A stretch of 64,000 bases of DNA, taken from NCBI RefSeq assembly GCF_009914755.1, contig NC_060937.1; one strand, 5' to 3'. The translations under genes and the position numbers were made by a program. The DNA is from the human T2T-CHM13v2.0 reference genome, Homo sapiens. The notes under the pieces were generated by a model. That model saw only the letters and a list, made by a program, of their open reading frames with translations, was not told where the DNA came from and ran no database searches. Positions 53,251 to 64,000 of this stretch are shown in pieces. Position 1 is the first letter of the stretch, and each line of letters begins with the position of its first letter.

Positions 53251-53546
53251 TTATTCTAAGTGAAGTAACTCAGGAATGGAAAATCAAACATCATATGTTC
53301 TCACTTATAAGTGGGAGCTAAGCCATGAGGATGCAAAGGCATAAGAATGACACAATGGACTTTGGGAACACAGGGGGAAAGTGTTGGAGAGGGTGAGGGA
53401 TAAGACTACAAATTGGGTGCAATGTATACTGCTCGGGGGATGGGTGCACCAAACTCTCACAAATCACCACTAAAGAACTTACTCATGTAACCAAACACCA
53501 CCTTTTCCCCAATAACCTATGGAAGTTAAAAAAAATCAATAAAAAA
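53251..53546 (+). mobile_element. L1PB1-like 3' end
   Basis: aagtgaagtaactcaggaatggaaaa...gatgcaaaggcataagaatgacacaatggactttggg...aaatcaccactaaagaacttactcatgtaacc; TSD aata(a/g)caatgg. Confidence 0.92.
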
Positions 53547-53609
53547 GAATAGCAATGGGATTGTTCAAGAGATCAGAAAAAACAAAAATGAAAATGCAAA
53601 GATTTTAGA

Positions 53610-53815
53610 GTGAAGCAAATGAGTTTGAATACTAACTCTTACTATTTCTAGCTATGTGAGCTTGGGCAAATTATTTAATTCTTCTAAGTCTCAGTTGCTA
53701 ATATATAAAATGGAGATAACAGAAATGTATATAGCTGCTTTGAATAGTAAATGAGATAAACAAGGTAAGGTGTTTAGCATAGTGCTTAACACATAAGTAC
53801 TTAACAAACATTAGC
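53610..53815 (+). mobile_element. MIR
   Basis: tagctatgtgagcttgggcaaattatttaa...tctcagtt...taaaatggagataac. Confidence 0.75.
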
Positions 53816-53849
53816 CATATAGTCTTCCTTCAATACACGTATAGCACTC

Positions 53850-54110
53850 ATGCAAGAGATATTTATAGACATATTCGTGAGTGACAAGCACTCTACTAGA
53901 TGCTGAGGATACCATGGGAAAGAAAGATCAACACCATCCCTGCCCTCATGGAGCTTACTGTCTACTAGTGCTGGCAGACAATTAAATGAACAGTTACAAT
54001 TCAGTAGAATAAACAATATTTCAATGCTGTTGGTAGGGAAGCTCACAGGGCAAGAACTAACCAAACCTGGGGTGTGGCAAGGAGTCAAGGCCACAAAGCA
54101 CTGAGAAGCC
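53850..54110 (-). mobile_element. L2 remnant
   Basis: ctagatgctgaggatac...tccctgccctcatggagcttactgtcta. Confidence 0.65.
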
Positions 54111-54683
54111 AGTTGATCCTATTATGCCTTTGGTGGCACCAGTCTATTCGGTGGGGAAATTTTCTAATCAGCAAAACTCAGGTGTGGAAGACTGACGTCT
54201 GGATTCATCCAGGCCTGGGATTTTGTCAAGCAGTAGTGAAAGAAGTTACATAGGGACAAAAGAGTTGATAGTGTCAAAAGAGAGACTGAAGTGATAGAAC
54301 ACAAAATCTAAACAGATTGAGAAATGGATTGAAGATGCAAGGTGGGTGACAGAGAAAGAAAAAGTAAAGTAATTGAGGGTCTAGAGAGCCTAAAGAGACA
54401 AAGAGTAAGATGGATATGAGGCTATGTTCAGAGAGTAAATGTCTGAATATAATAATTGAGTAACCAAAATATGGGTACGGAGTACCATGGCCAGAGTATG
54501 GCCATGGAAAAAGAAGAGGAACAGGGTTAGAGCAGAAGAGGGTTACGAGTAAGTCAAAACCCTGAGAAGCCTGTGTCATTTGGGCAGATGTCCAAGTCAC
54601 TCAGGAAATGACAAGGCCTGAGGGTCCACAGAAGGACAGAAGCCACATGCCAGAGTAGAACGTCTCTTAAAATGGTAGAAGGA

Positions 54684-55012
<329 letters not shown>

Positions 55013-56106
55013 TTAGAGGCAGGGTAGGAAATAAAACCTAAATTATCTTTAATTATTCCATTTCTAAGTTTTAGAAGAGAGATATAAAAGAAGTTTTTGG
55101 TTTAAATTTTCTGGTTAATTTCCCAAACATAAATTTAACTTCATCAAGAAAAGTTATAAAACATAATTCCCTGCTAGTAACAGGACCAGTCAGGCAATAG
55201 GGTACCACAGCTTGAGTTTTCAGAGATGTATATTTCAACACTAATGAAATAGAATCCATACTAGAATTGCCTTTGGCATGGTGAGAAAATGAACATCTAT
55301 TAAAACTTAAGATGGAAAAAAGGAATCCCTTTGACATATTTATTTCATTAGTTTGGGGAGCTAGTTCCAGATCATTAAAATTCTTTAAACCTATAACCAA
55401 AAAGAAAATGGTGAAAAAAGGGAAATGAGATTGATTCTAGGATAGTGGATAGGAACTACAACAAATTTGTAATATATTATAGTAAAAGTGAATATCATAG
55501 GAAAATTCCAATTACTTGTAGCCTCCTTAGTACCACCCATCAATTTCTTTGGAAAGGCAATTCCATTTCAGTATATCCATTCAAAGAAGACAAACTTGAA
55601 GTACTAAAGTTCTAATATCAAATCAAAAATAAAAGTTCAGCCATGTAAAAGCAAAAGGCAAAGTTCTGTTGGTCTTGATTCCTTTGACATTTAACTAAAT
55701 AATAACAAAAGTGAAGGACTAATTTCATTTTAAAAGTTCCAACTTGTCCAGATGAAAGGCCATTACCTAAAAATGGCATACCAAATGACATTGCTTTGGG
55801 GTCCTCAGCACTTGATCCAAGGGGAAAAAACCCTCGTGGTTTTGATTAAATTAAAAGCTTCTCAACAAATAATTCATAATTTTTCTTCTGCTCATTTTGT
55901 TCATTCATATCTCAGGTCCCCTAACACCTTAAAGTCTTATACCATTCATGACATCCAAGTGAGAATACAGAAGAATAACTGTAATTAACATTTTACTACC
56001 TCCTCTACTCAGTTCAAGTCACCATCCTTATCAACTGATTTGCCATGGAGAGTGGGGTTCTTCACCAACAGATTTAGTAGGACCGGTATTCTTGGCAGAA
56101 AATTAA

Positions 56107-56398
56107 TTTTTTGGATTTTTTTGAGACAGATTCTCACTCCTGTCGCCCAGGCTGGAGTGTAGTGGCACTATCTCGGCTCACTGCAACCTCTGCCTCCTGG
56201 GTTCAAATGTGCCTCAGCCTTCCAAGTAGCTGGGACTACAGACACACACTACCATGCCTAGCTAATTTTTTGTAATTTTAGTAGAGATGGGTTTTGCCAT
56301 GCTGGCCGGACTGGTCTCAAACACCTGACCTCAAGTGATCCACCCACCTCAGCCTCCCAAAGTGCTGGGATTATAGGCATGAGCCACCATGATCGGCC
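56107..56398 (-). mobile_element. Alu (old S/J)
   Basis: Full dimer; TSD aaattaattttt. Confidence 0.92.
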
Positions 56399-56472
56399 AG
56401 GAAATTAATTTTTAACTAAACATTTTAAAAATATTTGTCTTTCTATGCAGATTCGTCTTTTAAACTTGCAGT

Positions 56473-56990
56473 TGGTACACAATGGAATACTATTCATCCT
56501 TGAAAAAGAAAGAAATTCTGTCATTTGCAACAACATGGATGGAATTGGACAACATTATGATACTAAGTGAAATAAGTCAGGCACAGAAAGACAAACACAG
56601 CATGTTCTTACTTATACGTGGAATCTACAAATAGAGAATTCACAAAAGCAAGAAGCAGAATGGTGGTTACCAGAGGCTGGAGGATGGGAATGGGGAGATG
56701 GGGAGATGATGGTCAAAAGGTACAAAGGCACAGTTAGACAAGAGGAATAAGTTTTTCTTAATCCACTGCAGTGTGGTAAATATAGTTAATAACATTATAT
56801 TATACATTTCAAAATCGCTGAAAGTACATTTCGAATGCTCTCACCACAAAAAAATAAGTATTTGATGTGATGGGTATGTTAATTCACTTGATTAATTATT
56901 CCACATTTTACTCATGAATCATAATTTCACTTTGTACCCCATAAATATACACTATAATTTGTCAATTTACAATAAGAAAAGTAAATAAAA
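56473..56990 (+). mobile_element. L1MA 3' end
   Basis: acacaatggaatactattca...gaaattctgtcatttgcaacaacatggatgga...actttgtaccccataaatatac. Confidence 0.9.
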
Positions 56991-59639
56991 TAGAAACAAG
57001 TAAGTGGGTTAATTATTCTTTTTGAGAACCAATTTTTGTTCACCCTGCTTATATACATTGGGCATAGAAATTAAGATTTTTGTCTTACTTTGTCCAACTC
57101 AAAAAAAATGAGATCTGTAATTGAAATGATAAAAACTTATTTTAAAATAATGATAATTTAATTGTTGATCGCTCAACAATTAACAGGTAAGTCCAATTTC
57201 AATATTGATATTTGATATTTTTAGTTTTTAAATTATAAATAATAAATTACACAAAATAATGGGGAAAAAATAAAAAAATTATAAATAATAAATTATGCAA
57301 AATAATGAAGAAAAAAGACATGCACATACACACAAAGAGCTTTTTATTTTATTCTTTCAAATCACAAAGTGACACAGATGCGATCGATCACTTTATTTTT
57401 GAGTAGCATAAACATCTGCCAATTATTTGTCTCATATGGAAATTTTGGAGGGGAATGAGTTTTTTTCTCTCAGTTTCAAAAACAGAGGTAAAACTGGGGC
57501 AAAAAACAGACCAAATGGTTATGTATATTTTTAGCAGAACAAAATACACTGAAGCAAAAAAATATATACCTCTTTACCTCATGTCTCAGTAATTAATTCA
57601 ATGTGTTTAAATTTTTCCATAAAAGATTATCCTCTCATTTTAAAACCAGAAACCTGAGCATAAGCAAAACAATATTTATTCCATGTTTCATTCTCTGAAA
57701 TAAATAACATCCAGCAACGTTTCAACTTGACACAGTGACAGTTAAAGCATCACAGACCCAGGTTCTGTAACCTTTCTGTCTTAATTTGACAACCTAATCT
57801 CCCAAGACTCGGTCTGGAACACTAGCTGATCAAAATATTTTATGAACTATTTCTGGAATTATTCAAAAGAAAATAATAAAACATATCACACTGAGTAATT
57901 TCTCTTTTTAGAACACCAGGGTAAAATCTTGCAAAGATTCAATTAAACAGCAGTGTCCCTCTGGAGATAAATTTAGCGATGATGCTTTGACCAGGAGAAT
58001 CTTTTTCTGGTGAAATATTTAAGAAGAGATACAAAGCAATAAACATTCATTTGTCCTTTTCCTCCCTAAGGTGACGATGTAAGAAGAGTTTATCTACCTT
58101 TATTCTTGATTGCAGCATAAATGTAAGGTAAGCTGCTCCTTCTGTAGACAACCCACTTGTTGTGAGGCTTTGGCCCTCATGCCGCTGTTCCTGCAAGCTT
58201 TTGCTCTAAGAAGAAATCTTCGTGCTCAGAAAAAAAATTTGTCATAAAAATGATGCATGCTTGGAAAGTGTGACTATGACTTGGCATTTTTTCCTTTAAA
58301 GTTACTCATTCCAGAAGAAAACACATCATTAAAACTTGCCCTAAATATCAGAGGTTTTATTTCAGCAAAATATTTTGGGATTCATGAATGCATCAAACTA
58401 GATAACAATTAATTTCCATCAAGAGAAGGACTATAACGCATTAGCCAAAGTGCTAGAAACCAAAAGAAGATGACTAGATAACAATCAGCAAAACTACTCA
58501 CAAACAAGTTGTTTACTTTTATAAAGTTTCCAAATACAAAGTCAAACTAATTCATTTTGTTGATTCGAATGACAGTTTCTCTGACAGAGTGAAAAAAAAA
58601 TCAAATATTTTTGCCTTTAAACATTTTATGTGTTGTCCAGAAGGTAACGATATATCCCTTTAGCCTTAAAACAAGATTAGATTTTTAAACCAAAAATATG
58701 ACTGGGGGAATCATAAAAAGCCAGGAGAAATTTTTCATATGCACTTCGAAAAATACTGCTCTTACCTAGAATTTACCAGAATTCCTATCTTACCTTTGTC
58801 CTTGCATCAATGAAGCATTTAATCTTGTCTGAATTCCTTCAACAAGACCAATGCAAGTGATATTGACTAGCAAGAATTGTTCTTTAGGAATGTGAAACTT
58901 CGATGTCAAGTCTTAGCCATAACATGTGCTCCCATGCACAACTAGACATCTATTGCCAAGGGGAGAGAGTCTTCCTTTTGCTACAATTGTTGCCCTTTTT
59001 CCAAGTTCAGAGCAAAGACCTTTTTGAGAAAAGTTGATGAAAAATCAGGTCCAGGATAAATTGCAAATGCAGGCTGTTTTTGTAGAGTGAGCATGCCTTT
59101 CTTTAAGATAGAAATCAACTTTAGAATTAGATTAATTAAAATTTAAATTTAGAATGTAAAAATAAGAGTCAAAGAGGCTTTTTAAATTTACTTATATCCA
59201 AATTTTGCAGGATATATTGCTGGAATACGACCAAAGAGTTTAACATATTAAACTAGGTAAAATCTGAAAAATATTTTTAGTACAACTAGTTTATATTTCC
59301 CATGTATTAATGCCTCTCGTTTTCCTGCTTCCTGTCTCCTTTGCCTGATTTTCACTTCCTTTTCTCTTTTTTTCTTCTATCACTAACCTTAGCTTGGAAG
59401 AGTTTCCATGATTCAATCTTCTTCCAATTTCTTTGTTCTCTTTGGCAGGATCAAAGCTGAATAGCACTTTTTAGATTTTACAACAATTACCCCATTTGAT
59501 TTTTATAGCCATCTTGTGACATAGTCCCAAAAGATATTATCTTCTATTCTACACCTATCTGAAATGATACACCTATTAAATGGCAATGTAAAATCTCACA
59601 AGGCTCTTCCAATTTTCTTCACCCTCTCCAAATAGACCT

Positions 59640-59735
59640 GTCTTTTTCATCAATGAGGCCCCAGCAGTTAGTATAGTCCCTAGCATATAATAGGTGCTCA
59701 GTAAATACATGTTGAATAAATGAATGAATGAATGA
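59640..59735 (+). mobile_element. L2 3' end
   Basis: ataataggtgctcagtaaatacatgttgaataaatgaatgaatgaatga. Confidence 0.75.
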
Positions 59736-60916
59736 TAGCTATACTTCTATTTCTATGAGAACTTCCACTTTTCAAAGTGCTTTTATATATATGAACTCCT
59801 CTGAAAAACACGTTTCATGAATTAGATCAGCTACTTTGGTTCTCCATTTTACTGCTAAAGAAAGTGTGGCTCAGAAAAGTAAAAGAAATGCATTCATAAA
59901 TAGCCAAAAGTCTTTTTTTTCAGGCCAGCTTAGTGCCTAAAAAAATTAATATAAGTAGAATTTTCAACCCCATATGAACCTGTGGGCTATTCTTCACTAC
60001 AAAGTTAAGGTTATGATAAGTGCTAGTTATTTTCACTATTCTGCATAGTCTCAATAGTGTGTGTGTGCATATGTGTGTGCACAAGTGACTTTATGTATAT
60101 ATGTATATACACACTTAGATCTGTTTGTTACATGTGCTAAGCTATTGGGATATGGGATAAAAACCTTACATATTTTTACTTACTGATTGCCTCTAAGCAG
60201 TACATAAATTAAACCCAATTACTCATTTCCTTCTAAGTTTTAAAATACAGAATTCACAGGTCAACGCTTTCTAATAACTAAGCTGCAATAATAGCTTATT
60301 TTACTATAGAACATTGTAGAGCATGTCACTGTTCCATATTAACACTCCTTTATATGATAAGCAATCATGACCTGCAACATTGCTAACACACACAATTCAC
60401 CCTTGCCTTTTGGCCCTCCAGATGGCCCATTGGTTCTGTTCAAATCGAACGCCAAGATTCCTCTTTCCTAATTGCAGGCTGCCAGCAGGAGCCGTTTGCA
60501 GCAGCTGTTGGCCCACAGTCAGTTGCAACATCCCATTGCCTGGGCCTAAGTTTCTTTATAGTCTACAGGCTCTTTGTCTGCCTACATAGCTCATAGTCAT
60601 AATCAGTTCTTGATTATGCAGAAGGGAAAGAGACAATGTTAATAATTTAATATATCATCATCAAAGGAAAATTATTTGAAAGAACAAGAATTATTATACC
60701 AGGTTAAACCGGTGATCTCAGTTTTCTGGTCTCTGATAGCAGCAGCTAGACTTATGGGAGAATTTGATTATCAAGATAGAGTATTTCTTATTGCTCATTC
60801 ATTCATATATTCAATGCTTTTAATAAAGAGTGTAGAATATACAAGACCTCAACCAAGTAGCTGAGGGCTGGTGGAGTTGGGGGATACTAAAAAAAAAAAG
60901 TAAAAAGGAAATGCAA

Positions 60917-61265
<349 letters not shown>

Positions 61266-61347
61266 CTAAAAAAGACATTCTCTGTCCTTTCAGGCTCGGT
61301 GCTTCTGCACCTGCTGGCCCTGCCTGCCTGTGTTGCCTTTCACTTCG

Positions 61348-61415
61348 CATCATTCCTTATGCCACTCGCCATCCTCTCCTCCATCATTCCTTATGCCACT
61401 CGCCATCCTCTCCTC
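61348..61415. repeat. Perfect 34-bp tandem duplication
   Basis: catcattccttatgccactcgccatcctctcctc x2. Confidence 0.97.
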
Positions 61416-61561
61416 CTGCCTAGTGAATGCTAATTCATCCTCAAATCTGACATTCAATGTTGCCTACTGGCAACCTTTCCTAAACCCACCTGCCAACCAC
61501 AGTAGCTGCCCCACTTCATTGCAACTTCCACTTTCATCTATCATATTTGATTTAAAAAAAA

Positions 61562-61827
61562 ATTTTTAATGTTTGTGGGTACATAGTAGGTGTATAGATT
61601 TATGGGGTACATGAGATGTTTTGATACAGGCAAGCAGTGTGAAATAAGCACATCATGAAGAATGGGATATCCATCTCCTCAAGCATTTAGCCTTTGAGTT
61701 ACAAATAGTCCAGTTATACTCAAGGTATTTTAAAATGTATAATTAAGTTATTATTGACTATTGTCACCCTATGTACTATCAAATAGTAGGTTCTCCATTT
61801 ATTCTTTTTTTCTATTTTTTGTGCCCT
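61562..61827 (-). mobile_element. L1MA2/3-like 3' end
   Basis: ttgtgggtacatagtaggtgtata...ggtacatgagatgttttgatacagg...gaaataagcacatcatg. Confidence 0.88.
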
Positions 61828-62179
61828 ATATTCAGTTTTAATTATTTTATATTTTAATTATATTTAAAATATATTTAACATAACATTGACATATTTTACA
61901 TATAACATATACAGTATATGTAATACATATTTTAATCATATTTCATTCTATTTAATAAATATATTGTTGCATGTTTTAGTTATTTACTCTCCATCTCCCA
62001 GAACTTAATACCTTGCCTACTACCATTCAGGAGGTCCCCAATAAATGTTCCTGAGTAAAGAAATCAATCAGCAAATTATAAGACAAAATGAATTAAGTGC
62101 TAAGTGGTTAAAAACGCAAGTTCTGAGTCAGAATGCTGGGCTCAAATCCTTCTTTGCCACTTACTAGCTGAGTAAACTT

Positions 62180-63438
62180 ACGTACAGAGAATAGAGTCGC
62201 CTCAAGCAACAGGAGATTTTGAGTAGGGATCCTGTGATAGATAATTTTATGTGACAACTTGGTTAGGCTATGATGCCCAGTTGTTCAGCCAAACACCAGT
62301 CTAGATATTACTGTGAAGGTATTTTTAAGATGTAATTATATTTAAATCAGTAAACTGATTAAAACAGATTACCCTGCATAATGTTATGGGCCTTATTCAA
62401 TCAGTTGAAGGTATTAAGAAGAAAAACGGAGGTTTCCCAAAGAACGGATTCTTCTCAAGACAGTAACATAGAAACCCTTCCTGGGACTGAGTTTCCAGCC
62501 TGCTGCCCTGCAGAATTTGTACCCAGGACTGCAACATCAACTCTTACCTGAATTTCAAGAATCCAAGCCCTACAAATTTAAGACTTTCAACTCCCCAAAA
62601 ATCATGAGTCAATTTCTTAAAATAAATACCTCTCTCAATAGATAAATACATATATAAAGATATATATAAAACACATGCTATATGTATATAATCATGATAT
62701 ATAACATTATACAATATATAATTATATTCTAATATAAAATTTACAAATATATAATCATACATATAATATTGATTCTGTTTCTCTAGATAACTCTGGCTAA
62801 CATAGATATATACTAGGGAACCCAGGAGAAGTCAACAGTCCTGCCTTACATAGAAAACAAATGCTTGAGTCAGGCTCATGGAGACAGGACCAATCAGATA
62901 CCCATTCACCTAGAACCTCAGCAGCAGGAGTGTGTGGCTTCTCATTCTAGGGCTTTGCCATCAAAGTGGCTCTGCAAATTCCTTTGAGTCTCTTTTATTT
63001 TCTTGGAGCTACAGACTGGCTCGTCATATGCCAATCTGTTTGTCCATTCTCTGCCTTGCATCTTCTGCTCACTCTTAGTTTCTGCTTCCTCAGAAAGTTT
63101 CATTTGGTCTGTTGTGACCCTCATGGCCTAAAACTACTCCATGGCTTTTCTCTGAGCAATCTTTCAGCTTCAGCTCTCGTGGCTGGCTGCTTCCCTATCA
63201 TGATAATTCACAGATCACATTACCCAGAGAAGTCAGTTGGCATAGTTCATTTTGGGGGCCATATCATGGTTTAGGTCTCTGGGTAGCCTAGGAATTGGCT
63301 TCCCTTGGGACCCATCTCTGGGACAATTAAAGACGAGAGTCATAGATGCCAAGCATGGCCATCTGGGACTGTTTCTTCCTGGAAAACTGTAAAAAGCTGC
63401 CTTGGAAGAAGCTGTGAGTCCATGATGACATGTCTACA
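62180..63438 (-). mobile_element. Ancient MaLR LTR (MLT1N/M-like), split by MLT2
   Basis: ggaattggcttcccttggg...aagcatggcc...catgtctaca end; MLT2 nested inside. Confidence 0.45.
62233..62804 (+). mobile_element. MLT2 (C/D-like) ERVL solo LTR with an internal TA-rich tract
   Basis: tgtgatagataattttatgtgacaacttgg...aaacaccagtctagatattactgtgaaggtatttt...ttctgtttctctagataactctggctaa. Confidence 0.88.
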
Positions 63439-64000
63439 AAAGAGGAAAATGATACGGGCAGTAAAGCGAGCAGCCACGAGATGATGACCAGCATAGGAGC
63501 TCTCAGCCCACCCTTGCAAAGGGAGCAACTGGCACCACCAATGGCTGTAACAGCGACCACTTCTTACCTATACTCGGTTCTTCTCAGGAACAGGGAATAT
63601 TTGAAAGTTCCATTGGTTGCAATAATGAGAGAGATTGAGTCAGATGATGGCAGTAGTCATAGAGTTCTTATGAATAATATTCACATACTAGTCAAGCATT
63701 CGTAGTATTCTGGTGAGCCCTATTATTTTATATTATTTGTACCTTATTAGATTGGGGAGCCTGAAGAAATGCTTATGCTTTTGCGGGGAGGTGGTATTTC
63801 ACCAGAAGCAGTCCAAATTCTGGTGCAATGTTGTTTTACACCATAGACTAACTTCCCTTTCTGGAATTCAGCTCTTTGATAATAGGGAAAATTAAAGTAA
63901 GACTTCTAAATGATCTCAGTGGTATCAGTGTGGGCCCTTACAGATCACATCTGTTTGGGAAATATTGGGAAATACTGCTGGACTACTACGTAGCAAGGAT

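Noticed and set aside
58794-59043. Minus-strand ~83-codon frame with one stop, ending at a good donor (AAG|gtaaga); possible pseudo-exon
   Set aside because: No recognisable homology, and one stop in ~83 codons is expected somewhere by chance across six frames of 64 kb; tblastn/PhyloCSF would settle it
60401-60545. Open minus-strand frame (PGNGMLQLTVGQQLLQ...QWAIWRAKRQ) ending at gtgaat
   Set aside because: Purine-rich, poor acceptor and no known homology; could equally be regulatory sequence
62966-63705. Hydrophobic peptides resembling GPCR transmembrane segments (LQIPLSLFYFL; MLVIISWLLALLP)
   Set aside because: They lie on opposite strands, one is inside an MLT1-like LTR, and no consistent 7TM motif order (DRY, NPxxY) is present

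Overview
Anthropoid primate (most likely human) AT-rich non-coding genomic DNA, either intergenic or deep intronic. I cannot support any protein-coding gene, RNA gene, CRISPR array or prokaryotic-type system. The listed ORFs are explained by Alu/L1/LTR sequence, simple repeats or chance. The window is a patchwork of transposon fossils: about 15 Alus (J/S/Y and monomers), L1 3' ends, MIR/L2, MaLR solo LTRs (THE1, MST, MLT1), ERVL-type LTRs, MER1A, MER5A and MADE1, many with visible target-site duplications (TSDs). The most interesting structure that repeats do not explain is local rearrangement: (1) a ~360-bp copy of nearby sequence (12.2-12.7 kb) pasted at 14.74-15.10 kb between 33-bp direct repeats with a 10-bp junction microduplication; (2) a second ~210-bp dispersed duplication at 20.26/21.35 kb; (3) an orphan internal L1PA fragment with no tail or TSD; (4) a 416-nt polypurine tract; (5) a perfect 34-bp tandem duplication. 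A few isolated exon-like segments and transcription-factor motif clusters are weak candidates. Repeat subfamily names come from recalled consensus sequences and identities were estimated by eye, so both need RepeatMasker/Dfam confirmation. I found no convincing novel biological system.
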